Positions 41,138 to 50,331 of a DNA stretch of 64,000 nt are shown in pieces. The DNA is from a virus, in IMG/VR virus record IMGVR_UViG_3300020469_005214, positions 77,670 to 141,669 of that record; one strand, written 5' to 3'. A program made the translations under genes and the position numbers. The notes below the pieces were generated by a model. That model worked only from the letters and a program-made list of their open reading frames with translations. It was not told the DNA's origin and searched no databases. How positions within the stretch are numbered: the first letter of the stretch is position 1; every line of letters starts with the position of its first letter.

Positions 41138-41547
41138 ATTGCAAATAGCGTGATCGGACTTTACATCTGATCACGTTTTTTTTATTTAAATAATGTATCC
41201 AGGTTTCTGATACATAAAAAAGTTTTTTTTTATTTAAATAATTGTATCCGGATTTCTTATACAGCTTGGCTGTATAAAAGTTTTTAATAGCTAAATAAAA
41301 GTTTTAAATAAGCGAAATAAATGTAGGGGCCTGGACCTGGAGCTTATGAAAAAAATGAAAAAACCGGCTATTAGAGATTCTTATGCTGGACGGGCTTTGT
41401 ATTAGATTTGCTTATACGGGGTAAAGTAGTGAACAGGTGAACACTAAAAAAAAATTAATCTTTTTTATTCAATTTGCTTGCAATCGCCGATTTTATAGCC
41501 ACACTTTAGATCATACCAATTAAGGTATATTAAACCACATCATATAA

Positions 41548-41985
41548 ATGAAAAAAATCGAAGCACTACAAAACCTACGCAAGGGCACATTTGCCGTTGC
41601 TCGCATTGTATCGGATAAGAAACCTCTTAAAGCATACAGTCAGCACAAAATCACTAAGGTTGTCTTGGCAACTGTTCGCACAGGAGTTGAGTTTAAAAAC
41701 CTTGCAGTCAATGCAGACCGCGAGACTGGTTCTTTACCTTGGGGGCAATGGGAGGTTTACCCTTATGCAATCGCCCACAAGGGTAATCGCTACATCCGTC
41801 TTTACCTTGGCAACTCAATGAAAGTTTTCTATCTAGTAGATGGCGTAAAGGTTGCAAGCCAAGTTGCAAAGGCAATGCTTCCAAAAAGCAAAGCAGGTGA
41901 AAAGCCAAGTTGCATAACAGTAAAAGAAAATGGCTTGGTAAGCATAAAGCAAAACGGAAAGGAGTTGCTAAATGGAATTAGTTAA
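41548..41985 (+). CDS. hypothetical basic phage protein
   Basis: LPWGQW..YPY.I.HKG..Y.RLY pattern. Confidence 0.7.
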   Translation: MKKIEALQNLRKGTFAVARIVSDKKPLKAYSQHKITKVVLATVRTGVEFKNLAVNADRETGSLPWGQWEVYPYAIAHKGNRYIRLYLGNSMKVFYLVDGVKVASQVAKAMLPKSKAGEKPSCITVKENGLVSIKQNGKELLNGIS

Positions 41986-42118
41986 AGGAGTAATTGGAGG
42001 AGCGTTAATCGCGCTCCTCCTTTTCCTAGCTTTTGAATTTGCGGAGCATAAAGAAGAAAATCGGATCGAGCTTCAAAAACAAAGTTGGGTTGAACAAGGT
42101 TTCCCAATCGGTGAATAG
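41972..42118 (+). CDS. small membrane protein (48 aa, not in ORF track)
   Basis: MELVKGVIGGALIALLLFLAFEFAEHKEENRIELQKQSWVEQGFPIGE; AAGGAG upstream; terminator follows. Confidence 0.6.
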   Translation: MELVKGVIGGALIALLLFLAFEFAEHKEENRIELQKQSWVEQGFPIGE

Positions 42119-42142
42119 ATTGTAGTTGCAAACCAAATACAC

Positions 42143-42178
42143 AGGGGTGGTTGCCAAATTAGGTAGCCACCCTTTTTT
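42143..42178 (+). terminator. Rho-independent terminator ending the early region
   Basis: GGGTGGTTGCC/GGTAGCCACCC plus T run. Confidence 0.85.
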
Positions 42179-42434
42179 CAGAAAATACACTGCGTTGCGA
42201 CATGATAAATAACTCAGGGGTATCCCACGTACTAGCTCGAAAATTTCATTTTTCAATTTCTACCTTATTTATTTCTTATTATCTTATTTACCCCCCCCCT
42301 TTATTTAAAAACTTAGGAACTTATATAAATCAGCTTATATTAGCGGCGCAAAAAAATCAGGGGACTATTTTGAATTTAAGGATTCTACCCATTTGAAATA
42401 ATTGAATATTTGTTGATTTTTCTTTATAATATTA

Positions 42435-42998
42435 TTGATGGATGGATATATTTCTTATCTTCTCGATAAATACTCTGTAATTGGCGACGAAGTAATTATT
42501 GATTGTCAAAATGAGGTAACTGCAGAGGAAGTTTCCAATTTTTTGGGTATCGAAAGAGAAAAAACAAAAATTAAGGGCAAAAGAGAGAATATTTTTGATA
42601 AAGTGGTGCCAATTGAAAAATATGGCGAGTATCATGCTTATCAAATGGAAAATTTGTTACCTATTATAATAAAGCCCACAAAAGGAGATGAATACTTCGC
42701 AGCGATCTTAGATTTAGAGGGAAGTTTTAAATGGAATAGGAAAGAGGAAAAGATGTATCCCATTGCCGCATTTCGTAAAAAAGGAATATTAGAGGATTTA
42801 TGTATCTTTTTGCAAAAAACTTATAAGGATAGTATAAACATTCAAGGCAAAGAATTACTTTTTGTATTAGATCGTCTAAAAGATAGCCTTATCGTGAGAA
42901 AAAAAGAGGCTGAACTCATGATTGACTGCCTTATGGAGCCAGATAATCCATATTATGCAGAGGAACTCGAAAATTACACGAAAAACAAGAAGAAGTAA
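42435..42998 (+). CDS. protein with a degenerate LAGLIDADG homing-endonuclease-like domain
   Basis: YFAAILDLEGSF motif and C-terminal L..LKDSLIVRKKEAEL. Confidence 0.55.
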   Translation: MMDGYISYLLDKYSVIGDEVIIDCQNEVTAEEVSNFLGIEREKTKIKGKRENIFDKVVPIEKYGEYHAYQMENLLPIIIKPTKGDEYFAAILDLEGSFKWNRKEEKMYPIAAFRKKGILEDLCIFLQKTYKDSINIQGKELLFVLDRLKDSLIVRKKEAELMIDCLMEPDNPYYAEELENYTKNKKK

Positions 42999-43039
42999 TA
43001 AATTAAATTAAAATACAGAATATAACTGTAATAATAAGC

Positions 43040-43771
43040 ATGGCAAGGGCAAAGAAAAACGCTATTAAACTTCACGAGCCTAAAGAGGCTACCTTTGATT
43101 TTAGCAAATATCAGTTCGATATAAATCAAAGATTTAAATTAACTAAAAAACAAATAAACATTTTAAAAACGTGTCAAAAACCAGAAACAAAAATGATTAT
43201 TTTAGATGGTCCAGCAGGAGTTTCAAAAACTTATGTTGCGATGTTGATTGCTTTAGAAAAATTAAGAGATAAAAAGGTCGATGGCATAACTGCTTTGAGA
43301 TCTTCTGTAATATCAGCTGATTCTGAAATAGGATTCTTAGCTGGGACTATTGATGATAAAATGAAATATTTTTCTAATCCGTTTGGTCAAAAGTTAAAAG
43401 AATTATTAAAAGACTCAGATGTAGAGATTATTTCAAAAAAATTATTGGATGTTTTGCCAGTTTCATTTTTACGTAGCTATTCTTTTACTGACGAGTGCTT
43501 AATTCTTAGTGAATCACAGAATGTGATGAATGAATCTCTCTTCCTATGCGCTTCTAGAGCTGGTGAGGGATGTTTTGTAATTATGGAGGGTGACAGTCAA
43601 CACCAAAACGATCTTGGTAAAAAAAGTGGGTTCAAAAGGTTTTGCGAGGCATTCGATGATGAAGAGTCTAAAAATAATGGAATTTACTATTTTAAATTTG
43701 GAATTGAAGATATTGTTAGAAGCGAATTCGTAAAATACTTAATTACTAAGAGAATTAAGGAAAATATATAG
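43040..43771 (+). CDS. phoH: PhoH-family ATPase
   Basis: GPAGVSKTY, IGFLAG, FLRSYSF, ESQN, GD..Q.DL, EDIVRS. Confidence 0.9.
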   Translation: MARAKKNAIKLHEPKEATFDFSKYQFDINQRFKLTKKQINILKTCQKPETKMIILDGPAGVSKTYVAMLIALEKLRDKKVDGITALRSSVISADSEIGFLAGTIDDKMKYFSNPFGQKLKELLKDSDVEIISKKLLDVLPVSFLRSYSFTDECLILSESQNVMNESLFLCASRAGEGCFVIMEGDSQHQNDLGKKSGFKRFCEAFDDEESKNNGIYYFKFGIEDIVRSEFVKYLITKRIKENI

Positions 43772-43934
43772 TTTTTTTTCAAAAAAATAAAAATAAAATG
43801 TTTTTTATAATATTTTTTTATTATTATCGTATTTAGTGTAATAATAAAGACTTTTAGTTGAATTTTTGAATAAATTTTAGATTATATCTTCTAAAGGCTT
43901 TATAAACAAATCCCCTTTTTAAAAAAAATAAATT

Positions 43935-44267
43935 ATGAAATATTGCATGGAATGTGGAAGTAAAATTGAAGCTTCGGGAGGTAAAATACCTAAGTTTTGT
44001 ATGGAGTGTGGAACATCTTTGGACGGAGAGATAACATCTAGTCATAGTGAGGCAAAAGAAATGCCAGAATCTATCCCTGTTAACGCAGATGATATTTTTC
44101 AAATTGAAGGTTCAGACCAAGATCCAGAATCTTCTGTATTTACCTTTGAAGACGTATTAAAATCTAAAACAAGTGGCGGTCAATTAAATCGACCTAAAGG
44201 TTCCCAAAACATTGATGATTTGAAACAGCGTATGAGGAATAGAGACTCTCAAGACGCCAGTCAATAA
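43935..44267 (+). CDS. double zinc-ribbon protein
   Basis: YCMECG...KFCMECG. Confidence 0.75.
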   Translation: MKYCMECGSKIEASGGKIPKFCMECGTSLDGEITSSHSEAKEMPESIPVNADDIFQIEGSDQDPESSVFTFEDVLKSKTSGGQLNRPKGSQNIDDLKQRMRNRDSQDASQ

Positions 44268-44962
44268 TGTCACTAACTTTCGAACAACTTGAGCCAATTA
44301 TCGATTTGATATTGGAAAAAAATCGTTCTAGGTGGAAACTTGGTGCAGTTAAACATTTTGACTTTGATGATTTAAAACAGGAAGTTAAAGTTCATGTATT
44401 TAACAAACTTCATATGTGGAATAGGAAAAGACCTTTCGAACCTTGGGTAAGCCAAGTTATCCACAATCAAATACAAAATAAAAAAAGAAACTTATGGAGA
44501 AATCATGAAAAGCCGTGTTCTGGATGTTATTTTAACAAAGGAATGGGAAACTGTTCTTTTACTAGTTCTGGCAACCAATGTTCTGAATGTCCAGAATTTT
44601 CTCACTGGGAAAAGAAAAAGAAAAATGCTTATGAACTAAAAACAGCAATTTCCGTAGAAACAGAAGGTGGCGAAATACCATTCGGTTCCCCAGTAGAAAT
44701 AGATCATGAAGGATTTTTGAAAAGATTAGACGATATTTTAAAAAGTGATTTACAAAAGGATTATCTCGATTTAGTTACTTATAACATATTTAGATTTACT
44801 TGGATTGAAAAACTGTCTGACAAAGAGATTGCTAGGAAAATGGGTTACAAAACGAATGAAGAAAATCGAGGAGCAGGATACAGAAGTTTAGCCAGTCACA
44901 GAAAGATTGTTCATAATAGGGCAAAAGAAATACTAGAAAAAGAAGATTACAATTTTATTTAA
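44267..44962 (+). CDS. phage sigma70-family sigma factor with Cys-rich insertion
   Basis: Region 2 DDLKQEV..H...W...RPFEPWV..VIHNQI; CxxC/CxxC insert; region 4 HTH LSDKEIARKMGY. Confidence 0.75.
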   Translation: MSLTFEQLEPIIDLILEKNRSRWKLGAVKHFDFDDLKQEVKVHVFNKLHMWNRKRPFEPWVSQVIHNQIQNKKRNLWRNHEKPCSGCYFNKGMGNCSFTSSGNQCSECPEFSHWEKKKKNAYELKTAISVETEGGEIPFGSPVEIDHEGFLKRLDDILKSDLQKDYLDLVTYNIFRFTWIEKLSDKEIARKMGYKTNEENRGAGYRSLASHRKIVHNRAKEILEKEDYNFI

Positions 44963-44975
44963 TTAATCATTAAGT

Positions 44976-46085
44976 ATGAAAAACAAAAATCCAGTCGAAT
45001 TAACAGAAAATCAAAAGGAATGGATACTTAAGAATGGCGAAGATCTTGATTGGGCTATTAACGAAATTACTAAGAGTGTTTTCGGAGATAACTCTAAAGA
45101 CGGAAGATCATTCGAAGGTAAGGCTGTAAGTAATTTTATTTTGGAGCATGTTGGTGCCAAACCAAAAGTTAGAACAGTTAATTCAGATAATTATCAGGCT
45201 TTTGAACTAGAGCAACATCAAATAGACTTTTTGCTTTCAAACGCCAAAGATTTAACCACTTACGAAATCGCCTTAAACCTATTTCCAGAATTTAAAGACA
45301 AAAGTTATAAAGAGGTTGCTTTTACAAAAGAGGTAAAAAGCATCCAAAGATATATTGATAATAATTTAGGAAGTGATTATTTTGTATCTAAAACTAAGGC
45401 TTTGCATGGACAGGGCGGCTTTAAGCCTCCAAAAAATATCGAGCGTTGTGTTCCTTTAATATGTAAGTATACAGGGCTTGATGTTAAGTTTAGTAAATTA
45501 AAAGAGGATGAAAAAAAATCTATTGAAAAACTATGTAAAAATTTAAGAAGGACTTCTTTGGCTAAGACGGTAGAACAATTTAGATCTAATAATGAAAAAG
45601 AATTATTTTTAGAAAGTTTTATCTCTGATACTTGGGATAAAAGTAATCTAACCCCTGGCGAAGTTTCTCAATACATTGATTTGTCTGGTGAGCGGGTTAA
45701 TTTGTATCAAATTAAAAAATATCAGCAAGATCTACAAGAACAGTTAGATGATGATATGCACAGTGAGGATGGTAAATTAAGATATACTCTTATTGATGCG
45801 ATTGATAAGCAGATTCAGAATCGAGATAAATGTATGAATCGCATTCAAAAGCTACAAGATAGCCTAGAAGGATCTAGAACTAAAAGGCTCGAAAAAGAAG
45901 GGGGAGATCAGATAAGCATTTTAACTCTGTGTGAGGACTTGGCTAAAGAAAAGAAACGTATACGTTTAACTAAAATGCTTGAAAAAGAGCGTGATAAGGT
46001 CGTTAAGGTTGTAAATGAAATCGACGACATGACAGATTATACTGCGAGACTATACGGAGCAAGCAGAGAGGAGCTTTTAAATTGA
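44976..46085 (+). CDS. hypothetical protein (HTH-like N-terminus, coiled-coil C-terminus; possible small terminase)
   Basis: Position upstream of TerL; no diagnostic motif. Confidence 0.5.
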   Translation: MKNKNPVELTENQKEWILKNGEDLDWAINEITKSVFGDNSKDGRSFEGKAVSNFILEHVGAKPKVRTVNSDNYQAFELEQHQIDFLLSNAKDLTTYEIALNLFPEFKDKSYKEVAFTKEVKSIQRYIDNNLGSDYFVSKTKALHGQGGFKPPKNIERCVPLICKYTGLDVKFSKLKEDEKKSIEKLCKNLRRTSLAKTVEQFRSNNEKELFLESFISDTWDKSNLTPGEVSQYIDLSGERVNLYQIKKYQQDLQEQLDDDMHSEDGKLRYTLIDAIDKQIQNRDKCMNRIQKLQDSLEGSRTKRLEKEGGDQISILTLCEDLAKEKKRIRLTKMLEKERDKVVKVVNEIDDMTDYTARLYGASREELLN

Positions 46086-46981
46086 GGTATTCAGAATTTA
46101 AAACTGAAAAAGAATTCAAAAAATTTTTAAGAGATAATAAAATTTTAATTAAAGATTATTTCGAAAAATTTGAGCCTCGCTATGATTTATTTACCAATAG
46201 TCAGTTAGAATTCAAAGATCGAAAAACTTATTTTAATATTGATTTTTCTGATAAAAGGCATATGGCTAAATGGCTGGGCGATCAGTACAAGGATGTGCAA
46301 AGAGAGTATATCTTAAAAAAGCTAAAGGCAAAGTCAAAAGAAAAGGAATGGAAGTTCGCGCCCTCTCAAGTAGAATGTAGGTCAACCAAAGAGATACCAG
46401 CATTAAACGTTATTAATTACTGCGAGGACGACAAGATATGGCAAGAGCTAGGTCTTACTCGTAGATATCAATACAAGAGCTTTGAAGGGCAATTTTGTGG
46501 CATACAGGACAGTATTCTGGCAATTGACAGTAGAGAACAAAAGCCTCTTGAATTTAATACGCCAACTATAAAAAGCAAACTCGATTTTGGAGATTATTGC
46601 TTTGTAAATGAACCTTACTTTTGCAATGTTTTTATTGAGAGAAAATCTATTCAAGATTTATGGGGTACTATGTCTAAGGGTTACGATAGATTTCAGCGTG
46701 AAGTCGAAAGAGCCAAAAGTCAGAATGGATACTTGGTAGTAGTAGTTGATTATACTTTTTCCAAGGCACAGTCCTACAACTATAATAAAAGACACTCCTT
46801 AGCAACTGCAGAATTTATATTTCATAGAATAAAAGATATTATGCAAAAATATGATAATATCCAATTTGTATTTTCTGGAGGAAGAGAAAACAGCGTACAG
46901 CTATTTGAAAAAATAGGTATGCTAGGAGAAAATGTTAAAAATATTGATTTACAATATTGTTTAGACATGAAAAAAATTTAA
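46082..46981 (+). CDS. ERCC4/XPF-domain nuclease
   Basis: IDSREQKPL, GDY, IERKSIQDL. Confidence 0.8.
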   Translation: MRYSEFKTEKEFKKFLRDNKILIKDYFEKFEPRYDLFTNSQLEFKDRKTYFNIDFSDKRHMAKWLGDQYKDVQREYILKKLKAKSKEKEWKFAPSQVECRSTKEIPALNVINYCEDDKIWQELGLTRRYQYKSFEGQFCGIQDSILAIDSREQKPLEFNTPTIKSKLDFGDYCFVNEPYFCNVFIERKSIQDLWGTMSKGYDRFQREVERAKSQNGYLVVVVDYTFSKAQSYNYNKRHSLATAEFIFHRIKDIMQKYDNIQFVFSGGRENSVQLFEKIGMLGENVKNIDLQYCLDMKKI

Positions 46982-46983
46982 TT

Positions 46984-48885
46984 ATGGCTTTTATAAAAGG
47001 AAACTTTGGAAATGATAAAGAAGATATTATTGATAAAATCAAAAATATCAAAGGAGACATCACAGAGACAGAATCTAGATTATTAGCTGCTGAGATATTT
47101 GAATCTCAGCCTGGTTTTTTGTATAATTTATTAACAGGGGAAGAGCTATTTCCTTTTCAAATATTGAAATGCAAAATGTTCTCTGAAAGAGACATGTGCT
47201 TGGATATATCTGCTCGTGGTGCGGCTAAATCCTTCACTGCTGCCGTTTTTTGTCTTTACTATGCAATTACCCATCCTGGAGTTAAGATTCTTGTATTAGG
47301 CCCATCATTACGCCAATCTGCCATTATATTATCTTATATCATGGATATTGCCAAAAAAGAGAATGCTCATTTTCTTAGACAATTTTTATCCAAAGATGCG
47401 TATAAAAGAAAACCAGAAAGACACTCTATACAAATAGGGGATTCTGAAGTATTCGCTATGTCTTTGGGTGATGGAAAAAAGATTCGTGGTGCTCGTGCTC
47501 AAGTTATCATTTTGGACGAAGCGTTCGCAATACCCAACAATATTATTGATGAAGTTATTGGTCCGATGATGGTTGTTCGTGCCAATGTTTCTGAAATTAA
47601 GAAAATACGAGAAAAAGAGGATAAGATGATCGAAGCAGGTACGATGAAAGAATCAGATCGTCAAAAATTTGATAATAATAAGTTAATAATGCTTTCATCC
47701 GCTTGTTATGAGTTTGAACCTCTTTACAAGAGATTTAAAGAATATATTGACAAAATAAATGAACCTAGTTTTTTAAATACCAAGGAACATAATGAATCTG
47801 AACTATCATACGGTGTTGTAAATTTTGGGTGGGAGGCTATTCCAGACGAACTTCTTGCTAGAGGATATATTTTAGGGGAAAAGGCTAGAATGTCTGAGGA
47901 TGCTTTTAGAAGAGAATATGAAGCTCAATTTTCTCCAGACTCCGCAGCATATTTTAAAATGTCTAAAATGATTGAATGCACTTTGCAACCGGGTGAATAC
48001 CCTACAATCGAACTGAGAGGAGATGACAGGGATAGATACGCCTATATACTAGGCATTGATCCTAATTATAAAAATTCTGAAGACTCAGACCACTTTGCAA
48101 TGTGTTTAATGAAGGTGGACAAATCAAATACTAAAATTGGATATGTAGTGCACAATTATGCTGTTGCAGGACTAAATTTAGACTCAACAATGAGATATTT
48201 ACTTTATCTAGTTACTCACTTTAACATTGAGTATATTTGTTTGGACGCTGGTGGAGGTGAATCTTTCTTGGAGGGTTGTAATAATTCATCATTGTTCAAG
48301 AATCGAAATATAGAATTAAAAAGCTTTGATGCAGTATTTGATAAAGGAGAAAAAGAGTTAAGAGAATCCAAAAGACAATATGATCCTAAAAACAACGTAA
48401 AAGTTCATGTTCAAAACTTTCAGTCGAAATGGATTCGAGATGCAAACGAATATTTACAAATGTGTTTTGATCACAAAAAAGTTAGATTTGCATCTATGCC
48501 TATGGACTCAGATTTTGATTCTTTAAAGAAGTGTGACATACCAATTAAGGATATAGATTTTGCTACTAATATAGATCTAAGCGGATTGTCGGCTAACGAT
48601 AAAAACAAAGAAAAGAAACGTCAATTTATTGAGCACCAAACATTTCTAATTGATCTGACAAAGAGTGAATGTGCAAATATAAACATTACTACTACAGCCC
48701 AAGGAACTCAATCTTTTGACTTGCCATCAGCATTAAGGAAACAAACTGGAGCAGATAAAACTCGCAAAGATAATTATTCAGCCTTGCTTCTTGCAAATTG
48801 GGGTCGCAAATGTTATGAAACTTTACAGGATGTTGCCGTAGAGAATGTAAACCCTTGGGATAATTACAGACCTCAGATGTTCTAA
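46984..48885 (+). CDS. terminase large subunit
   Basis: FPFQ, Walker A SARGAAKS, RGARA, Walker B IILDEA, FRREYEAQF, GIDP, KDNYSALLLA. Confidence 0.9.
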   Translation: MAFIKGNFGNDKEDIIDKIKNIKGDITETESRLLAAEIFESQPGFLYNLLTGEELFPFQILKCKMFSERDMCLDISARGAAKSFTAAVFCLYYAITHPGVKILVLGPSLRQSAIILSYIMDIAKKENAHFLRQFLSKDAYKRKPERHSIQIGDSEVFAMSLGDGKKIRGARAQVIILDEAFAIPNNIIDEVIGPMMVVRANVSEIKKIREKEDKMIEAGTMKESDRQKFDNNKLIMLSSACYEFEPLYKRFKEYIDKINEPSFLNTKEHNESELSYGVVNFGWEAIPDELLARGYILGEKARMSEDAFRREYEAQFSPDSAAYFKMSKMIECTLQPGEYPTIELRGDDRDRYAYILGIDPNYKNSEDSDHFAMCLMKVDKSNTKIGYVVHNYAVAGLNLDSTMRYLLYLVTHFNIEYICLDAGGGESFLEGCNNSSLFKNRNIELKSFDAVFDKGEKELRESKRQYDPKNNVKVHVQNFQSKWIRDANEYLQMCFDHKKVRFASMPMDSDFDSLKKCDIPIKDIDFATNIDLSGLSANDKNKEKKRQFIEHQTFLIDLTKSECANINITTTAQGTQSFDLPSALRKQTGADKTRKDNYSALLLANWGRKCYETLQDVAVENVNPWDNYRPQMF

Positions 48886-49916
48886 TCTTCTTTGATTTGC
48901 TCTATTTCTTTACGATGTTTGTCTACAATATAACGCTCTTGTATAAGTATTTTTAGCTTCATATTTAAGCGTATCATATCGTTATCTAACGACTGAATCT
49001 GTTTCTTTAATTTGCCCAAAGAACCACCTGCATTACCTAAAGCAGGATTTACTTTAGTAGTGACCCATTTCCATATATACCAAATAAAACTTCCAAGGCC
49101 GATTAAAGCAATAACGGGAAAACCAAACTTGGCTATCACATCTGCCCAATGATTAAATTCAAATCCACTCATATTATTTTTCCTCGCTTTCTGGTGAACA
49201 GTCGCATCTACTTCTAGACATATATCCAGCTACAATACCGATGATTCCTGTAATTGACATTTTTAATAAATTTATAACACCTTCGTCTACTGACTTGTTT
49301 TCTTTAAGAGATACATAGAAATCGCCAACAACTATTACACCAAGTAAGCCCAATAAGCCAACAACTAAAATAAATATTATTTTATCTCTATTATTCATAT
49401 TTAGCATAACCTCTCGCTTGTACTTTTACAATTCGGCGCTCCAAATCTCTCAATCTAGCACCTTGAAATAGCAATACATTTTGCTGACTTGCGATTTTAA
49501 TTTCGTATTCTTCTATCTTTTTTTGTTGACCTACGATTATTAGAGTATTCTCTCTAATATCTTTATCTAAAAGATAAAAAGCTAACACAACTAGTAAAAG
49601 CAGTGTAGGAAAAATTATTTTTTTTATAGATTTAATCATCTCTACAATCTTCTTTTCCTTCGCTGGCGGCTATTCTATCAAGATTAGGTTCTACATTAAA
49701 GGCACTAGAAAATAATGCGTCAATTTTTACAATGTCATTATTCATAACATCGCATTTATTTTCCAAAGATAATAAAGAATTGCCTATGCCAGAAATCTTG
49801 TCAGTAACTTGTGCTAAAATGAATTTTAAAATGATAAACAAAAACCATCCAACAGCTAAGGCAGCAGTGATTGGCAAGCCAACCTTTTCCATAAATGATA
49901 GTATATCGCCAATCAT
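48882..49916 (-). other. four small membrane proteins (48882-49172, 49174-49407, 49391-49639, 49632-49916); first and last are paralogous
   Basis: Shared G(F/L)P...G.F...I.K and ND(M/I)(I/V) motifs; TM helices. Confidence 0.6.
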
Positions 49917-50308
49917 TATGCTTCTTTCTTTTTGATCATAGCTCTTATGCGGTTAGCTTGATTTTTATGTAAAGCTGATGCATTATCTAGCTGTCCAGCA
50001 ATTTCTTTAAGCTCAGATATTGCTTCTTCTGATGCTTTTGCTTTTTCTTTTACTTCTTCTTTTTCTTGTTTCTTAAGAATAGCTTTTTGCAATGCTAAAG
50101 GAAGCTTTTTTTGTTTTTCTGTAAGACCGCCTTCGCTAGTCTCATCGATTACTGGTTTCATTTTGATGTATTGCATAGCACAAGCTTTCATGGTTTCTTT
50201 TTCATCTTTGTCTTTTGTGTCCACCAATTCATCATCATATTTAGAACAGATGCTCATAAATGCACCATAAAGATCTTCTTCTTTTTTCTTATCTTTTTTA
50301 TAACTCAT
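49916..50308 (-). CDS. hypothetical charged protein
   Basis: Likely start MSYKKDK; GLTEKQKKLPLALQKAILKK segment. Confidence 0.6.
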   Translation of the reverse strand: MSYKKDKKKEEDLYGAFMSICSKYDDELVDTKDKDEKETMKACAMQYIKMKPVIDETSEGGLTEKQKKLPLALQKAILKKQEKEEVKEKAKASEEAISELKEIAGQLDNASALHKNQANRIRAMIKKKEA

Positions 50309-50331
50309 AATTAAATTTTTATTATTGATTG

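Larger units (their letters stand above)
36620..41450. repeat. long non-coding spacers built from recurrent motifs (YGTATY-N9-GATACR, GC-TTG-GC hairpins, GTTTT-N8/9-AAATAA, TATTAG-N5-CTTAT pairs, TGNNCA-N2-TGWWCA)
   Basis: Copies listed in the findings. Confidence 0.85.

Noticed and set aside
41995-42025. Terminator followed by an orphan gene fragment
   Set aside because: The hairpin lies inside an intact 48-aa ORF (41972-42118); an attenuator role is not excluded.
1949-48885. Inteins, introns or stop-codon recoding in DnaB, DnaE and TerL
   Set aside because: Lengths are ordinary, no splice motifs are seen, and genes read through intact in the standard code using all three stops.
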